A stretch of 64,000 nucleotides of DNA from an uncultured Verrucomicrobiae bacterium (GCA_963769025.1 CAVYKI010000002.1:256001-320000), one strand, 5' to 3'. Shown: positions 50,401-61,213, numbered from the stretch's first letter. The notes: generated by a model not told the origin, from the sequence alone. Translations and numbers: made by a program.

Positions 50401-53358
50401 CTGAATGTGACCGTGGCGATCAGCGGCACTGCGACCGCCGGTGTTGACTACGTGGCGATCCCGACGACCGTCACCATCCCGGCTGGAGCTTCCACCGCGC
50501 TGGTGAATCTGACGCCGCTGCAGGACACGGCAATCGAGGCGGTCGAGACCGTGATCCTGACGATCAGCACCGGCTCCGGCTACGTCCGTGCGGCGTCGAG
50601 CGCAGACTACTCGGGGACGGTGAACGTGTATGATGACGACGCGCCCGTCGTCACGGTTGTCGCCACGGACAGCGCGGCATCCGAGGCTGGCAACGATCCG
50701 GGCGCCTTCACCATCACGCGCACCGGCGACACCACTCTCCCGCTCACGGTGAACTACGGACTCACCGGCAGCGCGCTCCACGGCACCGACTACGTGGCGC
50801 TGCCGGGCGTGCTTACCATTCCAGCCGGGAGCGCCGTGGCGACCGTCGTCATCACGCCGATCGAGGACTCCATCGGCGAGCCGGCGCAGACCGCCGTGCT
50901 CCAGCTTCGCAGCGGTCTTGGATACTTGGTCGGCGCGGCATCGAACGCGACCGTCACCATCACCGACAATGGCGACATTCCCTACGCCAGCATCGCCGTC
51001 ACGGCCGGTCCCGCCTTGGAAAGCGGAACCGCGGGCACTTTCCGAATCACCACCACCGGCACCGGGACCGGTAACATCGACGTGAAGTACACCGTCACCG
51101 GCACCGCGACGAATGGCACGGACTACGGTACGCTGAGCGGTACGGTGACCATGGGAAAGAACGCGACAGCCAGCATCACGATCACTCCCATCCAGGATCA
51201 ACTCGAGGAGGGCTACGAGACCATCATCATCACGCTGACTCCCGATCCGGCCTATTCGCTCGCGCTCGACGCATCGGCCACGATGAATTTGCAGGACGAT
51301 GAGGCCCCGCAGGTGAACGTGTCCGGCACGGATGACATATTCACAGAGACGAACGGCAGCCTCGCGAAATTCTTCGTCTCGCGCACGGGATCCGTCACGA
51401 GTGCGCTCACGGTGAACTACACGCTCGGCGGCACGGCCACCGCCGGAGTGGACTACACCGCGCCGAGCGGCAGCGTGACGATCACCGCCGGGACGACCGG
51501 CGCCTACGTGGATATCTCGATGCTCGACGACACGCTCTCCGAAGGCACCGAGACGATCATTTTCAACGTGACGGCCAATCCCGCCTACACGATCGGGATC
51601 GGCTCGGTCACGCGCTATATCACCGATGCGGAGGCGGCTTCCGTGGCGACGCAGGTGCGATTTTCCGCGGGAACTTCCAGCTCTTCGGAGGGCGCCGGCA
51701 CGGTGAGTATTCCCGTCACGCTCAGTGCCGCCTCCGCGGAGACCGTGACGGTCGAATATGTCATCAACGGCGGCACCGCGCTCGGGGCGGGGATCGATTA
51801 CTCGCTTGCTCCCGGTGTCCTCACATTCGCAGCCGGCGTGACATCGCAGGACATCCCTGTGCTCATCAGCGACGACACCCTCAAGGAGGCAAACGAAACG
51901 GTCATTCTCCTGCTCATCAATCCGGCCAGTGCGAGGCTCGGCACGAGTTCGCACACGCTTACGATCACCGACAACGATTCGCCGCCCGGAGTCACCGTCG
52001 GCTTCGCGGGTGCGACCGGCAGCGGCCTGGAATCGCAGTCGCCCGCGCCGCTCGCCGTCTCTCTGAGCACTGCGCAGGCGACCGCTGTCACCGTGGACTA
52101 CGCGGTGACCGGCGGCACGGCGACCGATGGCGCCGACTACGCCATCAGCAATGGCACGCTGACCTTCGCCGCCGGCGAGACGGTGAAAGTGATCCCCAAC
52201 ACCATCACCAACGATCTCACCCAGGAGCCGAACGAGACGATCATCCTCACGCTCAGCAATCCCGTCGGCGCGGCGCTCAGTCCGAATCCCATGTTCACTT
52301 ACACGATCATCGACGACGACGCGACGACGGTGACGATCTCCGCGACCGATCCGGCCGCAGCCGAGCCCGGCTCGGACACCGGCACTTTCACGATCGCCCG
52401 CACCGGCTCCACGGCGTCGGCGCTCACCGTGAATCTCGCGATCACCGGAACCGCGACGAGCGGGGCCGACTACGTCAACATCAGCGACACCGTGGTCATT
52501 CCCGCTGGCGCCGCGAACGTGGCGGTGCCGGTCATCGCCGTGGATGACACGGTCGGGGAGCCGGTCGAAACCGTGATCGCGACCTTGGTCCCGGGCGTTT
52601 ACACGATCGGCTCGCCGGCCAGTGCCACCGTGAATGTTCTTGATGATGAACCGCTCGTGTCCGTCATCGCATCCACGCCCGGCGCTGTGGAGCCGAACAC
52701 GCCCGGCGCATTCACCGTCACCCGCACCGGCGCGACGACGCGGGCGCTGAGCGTGGTGCTGGACGTTTCCGGCACCGCGACGCCCGGCGCGGACTACACG
52801 GCATTGCCTGCAAGCGTGGTGATCCCGTCCGGTGCCGCATCCATCGGGATTCAGGTCGCGCCGCTTCCCGATTCGCTGGCCGAGGGCAGCGAGACCGTGG
52901 TGCTCACGATCGCTCCCGCGAATGATTATTGGCCGGGCACGCCGGCTTCGGCCACGGTCACGATTGCGGATCTGCCGATTCAGGCGTGGCGCATGGCGAA
53001 ATTTGGGGCAAACGCGAACAACCCGGCCATCGCCGGCGATTTTGTGGATCCCGACCACGACGGGCTCGTGAATCTCCTCGAATACGGTTTCAATACAAAC
53101 CCGCTCGCATGGAACGAGGGCCCGACACTGGCGGAGGACGGCAGCGATTGCATCGTGACCTACCGTCGCAACCTCGCAGCGACCGATGTCATGCTCAGCG
53201 TGCTTGCCAGCGACGATTTCGCCACGTGGGGCGATGCGGGTGCGACCGGGCAGCTTATTTCCGATGACGGAATGACCCAGGTGATCGCTGCCAGGGTCCT
53301 GCGCCCGGTAGGCGTGCCATATTTCCTCCGGGTGGGTGTCCAATACGTGGCTCCGTAG
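47443..53358 (+). CDS. Large secreted/surface metzincin protease (M11 gametolysin-like) with PKD, carboxypeptidase-regulatory-like and nine Calx-beta-like domains
   Basis: N-terminal anchor, HEYGHNFGLWH (48850-48882) with EYGD..DTMG Met-turn, YAWDFGD PKD motif, and repeated TRTG..V....GTAT.G.DY..D...E..ET units. Confidence 0.85.
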   Translation: MKRHALFACATAVVAMVAVAIWFMSRGEIADPKRWAEGPAAAVAVPADAVQRAALPPAPEANAARAAGVKGPASAIDAFNEWAARYLAAGATERARLVDEGLTLANARRSELRDIIVQDPRRAIENAVPPVVRQQLPPVVAQRLEERVNEAAFFGVMGVLPSAENPDVPPYRREVRMRDGGYYRAFVYGERLTQQTTESTSIVGVAVDDLMAVDERRLRTVASGEIPNHPNNLTRERTVAKTDAQGFSLGRQITTAPAPPRDTVETCPISGLSTVVPKADDGGFAPVGSEQIVVEAGGKFHFLCTGGHIHAFEEELIAREGGNGGPTQPTSPPTATQSTGYKSHLLMRIAFPEALKGSVTEKEGHDLGKNVQDWLLDSSYGAMTFATTVTPLLILPRTEAWYKEQDTGGNAYEVLTDARAAAKAAGFDPANFNFDTVIYTGSPGGFSGQAYVGSKGCWLKSGTNTGVACHEYGHNFGLWHANFWSTTNGSVIGGGTHSEYGDSFDTMGTASAGDLQFNACHKNILNWIPTTLVNDATTSGTYRIYQMDQPRQDPRLRYALKIRKDSDRDYWVDLRQRFTSNAWVQGGVFLHWSAWLPSKSGTHLLDTTPGSPDAKNDAPLPIGRTFSDVESGVHITPIAKNTTTSPTSVDVVVNLGTFAGNSVPVVGVGASATSVATSTNVTFTATATDADGDVLSYAWDFGDKGFSTTNSPVVTKSWATAGEYRVRCTASDLKGGTASASVIVTVGSPGTFRIAGTVTSAGQPLKDVRVYNGLSGTNYREAYTDSNGTYTLVGLAAGTYNVDAKIYGYAFGQEATTITVGPSKSGVDFTADPRAMVSIAVQDADCSEGANTGSFRITRTGSTAAALTVQLYLPTGSATKGSDYTLAPDVVAVSPYQTLTIPAGQPFLDVVVTAAIDASVESFERVTLELAPSASYVLGNATSTIWITDSNTANPLVRMRVTKRDAAEGGTGGQFLIERIGPTTNALNVTVAISGTATAGVDYVAIPTTVTIPAGASTALVNLTPLQDTAIEAVETVILTISTGSGYVRAASSADYSGTVNVYDDDAPVVTVVATDSAASEAGNDPGAFTITRTGDTTLPLTVNYGLTGSALHGTDYVALPGVLTIPAGSAVATVVITPIEDSIGEPAQTAVLQLRSGLGYLVGAASNATVTITDNGDIPYASIAVTAGPALESGTAGTFRITTTGTGTGNIDVKYTVTGTATNGTDYGTLSGTVTMGKNATASITITPIQDQLEEGYETIIITLTPDPAYSLALDASATMNLQDDEAPQVNVSGTDDIFTETNGSLAKFFVSRTGSVTSALTVNYTLGGTATAGVDYTAPSGSVTITAGTTGAYVDISMLDDTLSEGTETIIFNVTANPAYTIGIGSVTRYITDAEAASVATQVRFSAGTSSSSEGAGTVSIPVTLSAASAETVTVEYVINGGTALGAGIDYSLAPGVLTFAAGVTSQDIPVLISDDTLKEANETVILLLINPASARLGTSSHTLTITDNDSPPGVTVGFAGATGSGLESQSPAPLAVSLSTAQATAVTVDYAVTGGTATDGADYAISNGTLTFAAGETVKVIPNTITNDLTQEPNETIILTLSNPVGAALSPNPMFTYTIIDDDATTVTISATDPAAAEPGSDTGTFTIARTGSTASALTVNLAITGTATSGADYVNISDTVVIPAGAANVAVPVIAVDDTVGEPVETVIATLVPGVYTIGSPASATVNVLDDEPLVSVIASTPGAVEPNTPGAFTVTRTGATTRALSVVLDVSGTATPGADYTALPASVVIPSGAASIGIQVAPLPDSLAEGSETVVLTIAPANDYWPGTPASATVTIADLPIQAWRMAKFGANANNPAIAGDFVDPDHDGLVNLLEYGFNTNPLAWNEGPTLAEDGSDCIVTYRRNLAATDVMLSVLASDDFATWGDAGATGQLISDDGMTQVIAARVLRPVGVPYFLRVGVQYVAP

Positions 53359-53463
53359 ATCGGAAAACCGTTTTGCACGTCGCGGGTTTCGCCGGTCGCT
53401 GCGTGCGGTGCCGGTGGCGAATTGCGAATGGTGGAAAAGCCAGCCGCGTGTTTTTCTCCGCGC

Positions 53464-53826
53464 ATGAATTCACAGGCCGCTCTCCGTATTTCCGCCATCG
53501 TCGGTTTTCTCGCCGTCGCGCTCGGCGCATTCGGTGCGCACGGCTTGCACGACATTCTGGAGAAAAATGCACGCCTCGCGACATGGGAGACCGCCGTGCT
53601 CTATCACCTCACGCATGCCGTGGTGATGCTCGTCATCGCCGCGCTTCGCCCGTTGCGAAGCGCGGCATGGTGGTTCATGCTTGCGGGCGTCGTGATTTTC
53701 AGCGGCACGCTTTACACGCTCGCGCTGACGAATGTGAAATGGCTCGGCGCCATCACGCCGCTCGGCGGGGTGTGTCTGCTCGGCGGCTGGCTCGCGCTGG
53801 CTTTCGGAAAATCGCGGGCGGAGTGA
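53464..53826 (+). CDS. DUF423 family membrane protein
   Basis: AVALGAFGAHGL, WETAVLYH, FSGTLY, GAITPLGG. Confidence 0.92.
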   Translation: MNSQAALRISAIVGFLAVALGAFGAHGLHDILEKNARLATWETAVLYHLTHAVVMLVIAALRPLRSAAWWFMLAGVVIFSGTLYTLALTNVKWLGAITPLGGVCLLGGWLALAFGKSRAE

Positions 53827-53878
53827 GGCGCGATGGCACGACGGGCCGCGGCCCCGGCCCCCGCGTGGACATGGCGGC

Positions 53879-55189
53879 CTACTTGGCTTCCTTTTCGATC
53901 TCGAAGTGCCACGCGACCGGCGCACAGGCGGTGCGGAGTTCGGCGTCGGCGTTGTCCACGGCCTTCTGCGCGGCGGCGAGTTTTTCGGCGTCCTTCTCCT
54001 TGCTCGCGGAGCGCCATGTGTTGTTCAGTCCGCCTTGGAGATTGCCGATGGCGGCGAGGATCTTGGTGGAGCGTTCGGCGATCGCGCCATCGAAGGCGGA
54101 GGTGATGTTCCAGCCGGCGGCGAGTTCGGCGGCTTCGACCGTGGCGGCGGGTTTGCCGTTGATGCTCACGCGATATTTGCCTGCGGCGAGGCCGTTCACC
54201 TGGAGCATGTAGCGCGAGAGCTCAAGCGCAGACGGGAGCAGTTGCACGGCGGTCTTTGCAGCAGGCAAAATCGGCCATGGGCTGGATTCATCGGTCCGGG
54301 TGAAGCTCAGCTTGCCGTCCTTGGCAGTGGCATCGGTGATCTTGCAATGCTTCGCCGCGACCACGCTGCCGTCGGCCTTCAGTGTCGCGCTGCTCACTTC
54401 CTTTTCCGCGCCGAGGCTGGCGAGGATCGTCGCGGCCATCGTGTACTGTCCGACCGGGCCGGGATGCACGGGGTCGCCGCCGAGCGGGAGCAGCGAAGGG
54501 GGAATCGGCGCTGCAGCGGGCTTCGCGGGTTTCGCCGGATCCACCGCCGGTGCCGGCGCGGGTTTTGGCGGCCACGTGCCTTTCTTCACGGCCTCGGCTT
54601 CGCCCTTGGCGCGGTTGTCTCCCCACAGATCGATGAGCGGGTGATACTGATCGACGAAGACGACCTTCTCCTCCTCGGCGAGTTTCTTGAGGGCGACGGT
54701 GTACGGATCGATCCGGCGGCAGCGGTCGGATTTCCACGCGCCCATCTTGCTGCCGTCATCCACGGGGCTCGAGGAGATGAGCACCGGCTGCGCGGGGATG
54801 GCTCGGATCTTTGCGATGAGGTCGCGCATGCCCTTGATGTACTTGGCGGGATCGTCGCCGGCCCCCACGTCATTCATGCCGAGTTCGATGCTCACGATCG
54901 TGGGCTTCCACGCCGCCACATCGTAGTCGAAACGCGCGAGCACGCTGCCGGTCGTGTTGCCGCCGATGCCTGAGTTGCGGAAGCGCAGGTTCATTTTCGG
55001 AAAGCGCGTGCGGTAGTACGCCTCGATGTAGTTCGTGTGCTGCCGCTGCGCGGTGATGCTGTCGCCGGCCATCACCCACACGTCGTTTTCCTTGAGCGTG
55101 AGCTTGGGTTCGGCGGCGCACATCGGCGAGACGAGCGCGAAAAACGAGGTGGCGGCGATGAGGGCGCGGAGAGGGCGGGGGATTTTCAT
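53879..55189 (-). CDS. Secreted SGNH/GDSL hydrolase
   Basis: Signal peptide, GDSIT, NSGIGG, LGMND, DPVHP. Confidence 0.9.
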   Translation of the reverse strand: MKIPRPLRALIAATSFFALVSPMCAAEPKLTLKENDVWVMAGDSITAQRQHTNYIEAYYRTRFPKMNLRFRNSGIGGNTTGSVLARFDYDVAAWKPTIVSIELGMNDVGAGDDPAKYIKGMRDLIAKIRAIPAQPVLISSSPVDDGSKMGAWKSDRCRRIDPYTVALKKLAEEEKVVFVDQYHPLIDLWGDNRAKGEAEAVKKGTWPPKPAPAPAVDPAKPAKPAAAPIPPSLLPLGGDPVHPGPVGQYTMAATILASLGAEKEVSSATLKADGSVVAAKHCKITDATAKDGKLSFTRTDESSPWPILPAAKTAVQLLPSALELSRYMLQVNGLAAGKYRVSINGKPAATVEAAELAAGWNITSAFDGAIAERSTKILAAIGNLQGGLNNTWRSASKEKDAEKLAAAQKAVDNADAELRTACAPVAWHFEIEKEAK

Positions 55190-55294
55190 GGGATGAATGG
55201 ACGGCGATGGAAGCCGCGAACGGCTGCAGATGTCGAGCGAGTACGGGCGACGGACCAAAGCCTCGCCGCCGGAAGCACGAATGCGCCGCGCGCG

Positions 55295-56029
55295 CTATCC
55301 CGCGCGGAACTGTGTTGGTGTGACGCTGGTCACGGCGCGGAAGGCGCGGGTGAATGCGCTGTGATCGTAGAATCCGCACGCGAGCGCGATCTCCGCGACG
55401 GGGCGATCCGTCTCCCTCAGGAGCCGCGACGCGGCGGCGATGCGTGTCTTTGCAATGAGTTGGATCGGGGTGACGCCGAAGATGCGCTTGATCAGCCGCG
55501 CAAATCTCGCCGCCGGGAGCTTGGCGATGCGGGCGAGGCTGGATGGTGTGAGTGGTTCGGAGTAGCCGGTCTCCAACCGTGCAAGTGCGGCGGCGACCCC
55601 GGCGGGAATTTCCTGCGGCGCGACCGGTGAGCGTACGTCCTGCGAGATGCCGATGATGCCGATCACCGCGCCTGAGGCGTCGCGCATCGGCAATTTGGTC
55701 GTGAGACACCACACGGGCTTGTGCGGCGAATACCACTGGAGTTCCAGACGTTCGACGATCGGGCGCCCGGTTCGCAGCACAAAGGCATCCTGCTCGGTCG
55801 GGATACGTCCGAATTCGCCGGGGCACACATCGCACGGGCGGCGGCCGAGCATCTGCGATTTGTTCTGCAATCCGTGGCGTTCGAGCAGCGAATGATTCAC
55901 CGCGACGTAGCGGCCGGCGGCGTCCTTGATGAAAAAAGCGATGTCCGGCGTGTGGTCGAAGAGTTGTTCCAGCAGCGCCATGTCCACGCCTGCGGTGGAG
56001 CGAAGGTCGGAGGTTGTGCTGAGTTTCAT
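55295..56029 (-). CDS. PAS-domain AraC family transcriptional regulator
   Basis: FFIKDAAGRYVAVN PAS domain; C-terminal AEIALACGFYDHSAFTRAFR..TPTQFR. Confidence 0.92.
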   Translation of the reverse strand: MKLSTTSDLRSTAGVDMALLEQLFDHTPDIAFFIKDAAGRYVAVNHSLLERHGLQNKSQMLGRRPCDVCPGEFGRIPTEQDAFVLRTGRPIVERLELQWYSPHKPVWCLTTKLPMRDASGAVIGIIGISQDVRSPVAPQEIPAGVAAALARLETGYSEPLTPSSLARIAKLPAARFARLIKRIFGVTPIQLIAKTRIAAASRLLRETDRPVAEIALACGFYDHSAFTRAFRAVTSVTPTQFRAG

Positions 56030-56143
56030 GCCGGGGTGAGTTTCCCCGCCAAGACGGGGCTGGGGGAATGGGTAGGCTTCCTGTGAAATCGAGTCAACCG
56101 GCCCCTGCTGCAAACCCTCCGAATGCGAACCAAGCTCAAAAAA

Positions 56144-57280
56144 ATGAACACTGAATCCTACACGATCGGGAACGGGATTTTTCCCGCGAAGACGCAAAAC
56201 CGAACCGGAACCGTGGCGACTCTCGTCTCGCTGGCGATCGCATACTTGGTCTGCGGCGTGTCTGCGGCGGAGAAGGCTGCTGCCGATCCGAAGCATCAGC
56301 TCCCGAAGCCCGACGGAAAGGCGGCCGACATGAGCAAACCGGTGAAAGTCTTCATCCTGCTGGGGCAATCGAATATGGTGGGCGCGGGCAAGGTCGCCGG
56401 TCAGGACGGCTCGCTGGAATATGCGGTGAAGGAGAAGAAAAAGTATCCTTACCTCGTGGACGACGCCGGCAATTGGACTGAGCGGAAGGATGTCCGCAAT
56501 GTGCGCGTGATGGGGAGCGGAACCGGGGCGATGAAGGGGTTCAACAACGAGTGGATGACCGTGAAAGGCAAGACCATCGGCCCGGAACTCGGCATCGGGC
56601 ATCAAGTGGGCCATGCCGTGGATGCACCGGTGATGATCCTGAAGAGCTGCATCGGCAATCGCAGTCTCGGCTGGGATCTGCTGCCTCCGGGGAGCGAGGG
56701 CTTTGAGTTCGAGGACAAGGGCAAGACGTGGCAATACGCCGCCTACAAGCAATCGCCCATGCGCTGGGAAAAGGGCACCGAGCCGGTCGCTATCGGCTGG
56801 TATGCCGGGATGCAATACGACGGGGATATCGCCAATGCGAAGAAGGTCCTCTCGGAACTGGAGACGTATTACCCCGGCGCGAAGGGCTACGAGATCGCGG
56901 GCTTCTTTTTCTGGCAGGGTGACAAGGACCGCTACGACGCCGGCCTCGCCAGCCGGTATGAGAAAAACCTCGTTCGCTTCATCGAGCAGTTGCGGAAAGA
57001 TTTTGATGCGCCGAACGCGAAATTCGTCTGCGCCACACTCGGACAGACGGAGAAAGGCGGCACTGGCAACGACGGGCTGATTTTCGATGCGCAGATGGCG
57101 GTGGATGGCGAGAAGGGCAAATACCAGCAGTTCAAAGGCAACGTCGCTACGGTTTACACCCATCCCTTGTCCCTCGGCGGCGCGTCGAACAGTCATTACA
57201 ACGGCAACGCTGAAACCTACATGAACGTCGGCGAAGCCATGGGTCAGGCGATGGTGAAGCTGCTCAACGCAGGGAAATAA
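56144..57280 (+). CDS. SASA/DUF303 (CE6-like) acetylesterase
   Basis: VFILLGQSNMVG, GPELG, FWQGDKD, SHYNGN. Start uncertain. Confidence 0.85.
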   Translation: MNTESYTIGNGIFPAKTQNRTGTVATLVSLAIAYLVCGVSAAEKAAADPKHQLPKPDGKAADMSKPVKVFILLGQSNMVGAGKVAGQDGSLEYAVKEKKKYPYLVDDAGNWTERKDVRNVRVMGSGTGAMKGFNNEWMTVKGKTIGPELGIGHQVGHAVDAPVMILKSCIGNRSLGWDLLPPGSEGFEFEDKGKTWQYAAYKQSPMRWEKGTEPVAIGWYAGMQYDGDIANAKKVLSELETYYPGAKGYEIAGFFFWQGDKDRYDAGLASRYEKNLVRFIEQLRKDFDAPNAKFVCATLGQTEKGGTGNDGLIFDAQMAVDGEKGKYQQFKGNVATVYTHPLSLGGASNSHYNGNAETYMNVGEAMGQAMVKLLNAGK

Positions 57281-59803
57281 TGCGGCCCGCCTCCAGCGCT
57301 GTCCTGGTTGGCCTGATCGGCGCGGTATGCATGGCCGCGTCGGCATCGGCTGGCGACGACGTTTTGATCAACGGCCGAGTGAAGCCGCTGCTGGAGACCT
57401 ATTGTATTTCCTGCCACGAGGACGGGACGGCGAAGGGCGATGTGCGGTTCGATCATCTCGCCGAGCTGCCGCTGAATGCGCGGCTGGATTTGATGAACCG
57501 GATGCTCGAGCAGGTGTATCTCAAGCAGATGCCGCCGCCGAAAAAGACCCAGCCGTCGGACGCGGAGCGAAAGCAACTGGCGTCGTGGATCTGGCAGGAG
57601 CTGCGCAAACACAACGCCTCAAAACTCGAGGACAAGCTGCGCTATCCGTCTTACGGAAACTTCGTGGATCACGCGGCGCTTTTCAGCGGCGCGGTGAAAG
57701 AGAAGCCGTTCACGCCTGCGCGGCGCTGGCTCGTGAGCCCGAGTATTTTCAACGAGCGGGTGGCGGATGTGTTCAAGCTGGAGGGCCGGGAGCGCGAAGG
57801 GGCGAAGCGCGGCTTTTACGGCGTCACCAATCCATTCGTGCTGCCGGAGCACCCGGGCGTCCGCGACTACGACCTCGCCACGCTGGATGGCGGACATCTG
57901 CTCGTGATGCTGACGAATGCGCAGTGGATCGCCAGCAAGCAGATCCAGGCGGCGCGGATGAAGAGCGGCGATTTCAAGGCCGAGGAGAACGCGAATCCGA
58001 AAGACAAATGGTTTCCGAAGATCACGCCCGCGGCGTTTGAGACGGTCATCGTCAGCAAGACGCAGCCGTCGGACAGCGACCTCGTCGCGGCGATCCAGAC
58101 GCAGTTCGACTGTGTGCTCCAGCGGCCGGCGAGCGAAAACGAATTGGCGAAGTATCTCGAACTCACGCGCTCCGCGATCGCCCTCGGCGGCAATGTTGAG
58201 GGACTGCGGCAGATGCTCGTCACGGTGCTGCTCGAGTCGGAATTTCTCTACCGGCTGGAGTTTGGCGCGGGGGCGAAGGACGCCGCCGGCCGGCAGATGC
58301 TCTCGCCCCGCGAAGGCAGCTACGCGATTTCCTACGCGCTCGGCGATCGCGGGCCCGGATGCGAAGTTGCGCGAGGCTGCCGCGAGCGGACGGCTCAACA
58401 CGAAGGCGGACTACGAGCGCGAGGTCACGCGCCTGCTCGCCGACCAGACGTATTTCCACGGCGAGATTGACCCGACTCTGAGCGGCAAAAACTTGAAAGC
58501 CCACGAGACCTCGCACCCGCGGATCGTGCGCTTCTTCCGCGAATTCTTCGGGTATCCCAATGCGACCAAAGTGTTCAAAGACTCGGAGCGGGTCGCGGGC
58601 ATTTATCAAAACCCCGACCGCGGCACCGCAGGGTCGCCCGGGTTCGTGATTGACGAGGCCGACCGCGTGGTGGAGCACATCGTGCGAAAGGACCGGAACG
58701 TTTTCGAGAGCCTGCTCACCACGGACGAGTTCTTCGTTTACCACAACAAGGACAACGAAACCGGGCGCAAGGTGATCACCGAGTGGCGCGAGGTGTGGGA
58801 GAAGCTCAAGGACACGCCGTGGAAGACCGATCCGGAAAAGGTCCTCGCCGAGCACGCGGATTTTTTGAAAGCGCGGAAGTCGGTGCAGCTCCCGGCCGGC
58901 GGGCATCAACGGCGCGACTTCCTGTGGCTGATGCATTTTTTCAACGACTCCTTCGCGAAGGGGCGCACGCCGTTCACGACCATCTCGACGGCGCACGGCT
59001 ACTATCTCAATCACTCGCCGCTCTACAGCCTGCCACCGACGCCGCTGCGCGGGCGCTACCTCGGCACGGAGAGCCCGAAACCGAAGCAACTGGATGACGC
59101 GGAGTTTTGGGATTACCCGGTCGAGCAGCCGTTCAAGATCGCGAATCGCAAGGGCATCCTCACGCATCCCGCGTGGCTCATCGCCTTCTCGCCAAAATGC
59201 CGAGACCGACCCGGTGCGGCGCGGCCGGTGGATTCGCGAGAAGCTGCTCGCCGGCCGCGTGCCCGACGTGCCGATCACCGTGGACGCGCAGATTCCCGAG
59301 GACCCGCACAAGACGCTGCGCCAGCGGCTCGATCTCGGTCACCAACAAGCAGGAATGCTGGAAGTGCCATCAGCACATGAATCCGCTCGGGCTCGCGTTC
59401 GAGGTGTATGACGACTTCGGGCGCTTCCGCGTGCAGGAGGCCTGGAGCATGAGGAGAACATCATCACCAGAAGGGCAACGGCAAGGACTCGGCGAACACT
59501 TACAAGACGCTTCCGGTCAACACGACCGGCCGCCTCGACGGCACGGGCGATCCCGCGCTGGACGGCGATGTGAAAGACGCGATGGACATGATCGGCCGGT
59601 TCGCGAAATCAGCGCGCGCGCGGCAGTCCATCATCCGGCACGCGTTCCGATTTTACATGGGGCGAAACGAGATGCTGTCCGACTCGCAGACGCTGATCGA
59701 CGCCGACAACGCCTACGTGAAAAGCGGCGGCAGCTTCAAAGCCGTGATCGTCTCCCTGCTGACCTCCGACTCCTTTCTCTACCGCAAACCGAACATCCAA
59801 TAA
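57280..59803 (+). CDS. DUF1592/DUF1588-type planctomycete cytochrome c protein, frameshifted
   Basis: Signal, CISCH, MPP, SEFLYR, RKGILTHPAWL, PVRRGRWIREKLL, TLRQRL, CWKCH..MNPLGLAFEVYDDFGRFR and SDSFLYR, spread across frames. Confidence 0.8.
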
Positions 59804-59805
59804 TC

Positions 59806-61213
59806 ATGCACACTCGACGCGACTTCCTGAAAACGTCCCTGCTCAGCGCCGGCGCGCTGGCGCTCGGTTCGCGCGACCTGCTCGCCAACGCCGCGGCCGG
59901 CAAGCCGCCGATGCGTTTCATTTTCATGCACAAGGGCAACGGCCTTTTCCCAAAGGTGATGGTGCCGCCGACGCTCACCGAGCAGGAGCTGGAGAAAGGA
60001 GAAGCGCGGCGAGGCCTTCCAGACCGACCTCCGCAATCACGACCTGCCCGAGTGGATGAGCGCGCTCAACGAGCACAAGGACCACATGACCATCCTGCAG
60101 GGGCTCTCCGGCAAGATGTGCACGACCGGCCATCACACGTGGCAGTCGTCGCTCGGCGTCTACAAGGCGAACGAACGACTCAGCTCCATCAAGTGGGCGA
60201 CCGTGGATTTCGAGCTGGCGCGGCTGTTCCCGTCGCCGTTCGAGCACATCGAGCTCGCCTGCTTCCCCATCGGCGGCGGCAACGCGCGCGGCAACATCAA
60301 CGGCATCGAAAAAGGCTTCTCCGCCCGCGGCCCGCAGCAGCCGAACTACGCGTTCGGCTCGCCGAAAGTCGCCATGCAGGAGCTCTTCAAATCGGTGTCC
60401 AGCAACAAGTCCGACCAGGTCAAATACGAGCTTGAGCGCAAGGTGCTGGAGTTCGCCGCGGGCAAACAAGCGAGCCTCTCGCAGACACCTCGCGGGCATC
60501 GAGAAGGCGAAGGTCGGCAACTACGCCGAATCCATCGAGGCCATCCGCCACGCGCAACATGAAGGTGGACGCGATGGGCGACATCATCCGGCGCCACGTG
60601 CCGAAGCTGGACGCGAAGTATTTCGCCGAGGACCTCACCACCATTGACCGCCAGATCGGCCACACGGAGATCCTGCTCGCGACGCTGATTTCCGGGATGA
60701 CGAACGTCGTCACGTTCACCGTGGACGAACTCGGCACGCTCTACACCGGGCATCAACGACATCGAAAAGGAGACCGTGAACCTGCACGACGTCGGCCATG
60801 GCAAACCCGTCGGTCAGTTCCAGGCCGAGGAGGTCCGCGAAAAACTCCGCACGCATCACATGGCGCTGATCGATACGATCGTGAAGCGGCTGAAGTCCGT
60901 GCCCGAGGGCAGCGGCACGATGTTCGACAACACGATGCTCTTTTACTTCCCGGACAACGGCGAAACCCACCACAGCCACGGCACGGAGTGGCCGTTCATC
61001 GTCATGGCCGGGCGCAACGCGAAGCTGAACATCGCCGGCCGCTACATCCGCCTGCCCGCGCACGGCAAAGACGGCCACAAGACGCTCGGCAACTGGTACA
61101 CGACCATCCTCAACGCCTACGGCAACCCGATCAAACACTACGGCGATTTCGACGTGGAACTGACCAGCCGCGGCATGGATCAGAGCGGGCCGATCAAGGC
61201 ATTCCTCGGATAG
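59806..61213 (+). CDS. DUF1552 family Tat-exported protein, frameshifted
   Basis: TRRDFLK twin-arginine signal, MRFIFM..GNG, ILQGLS, LKSVPEGSGTMFDNT, ETHHS..WPF. Confidence 0.8.

Noticed and set aside
49950..52970. Repeated DNA words (e.g. GGCACCGCGACG..GACTAC) as a possible CRISPR or repeat array
   Set aside because: They are degenerate, in-frame and about 340 nt apart, which matches protein-level Calx-beta repeats.
48070..53343. 1757-aa minus-strand ORF antisense to the protease
   Set aside because: Shadow ORF with Arg/Gly/His-rich nonsense composition.
55295..57346. 683-aa ORF suggesting an extended AraC protein
   Set aside because: The N-terminal part is antisense to the esterase gene; the real start is near 56029.
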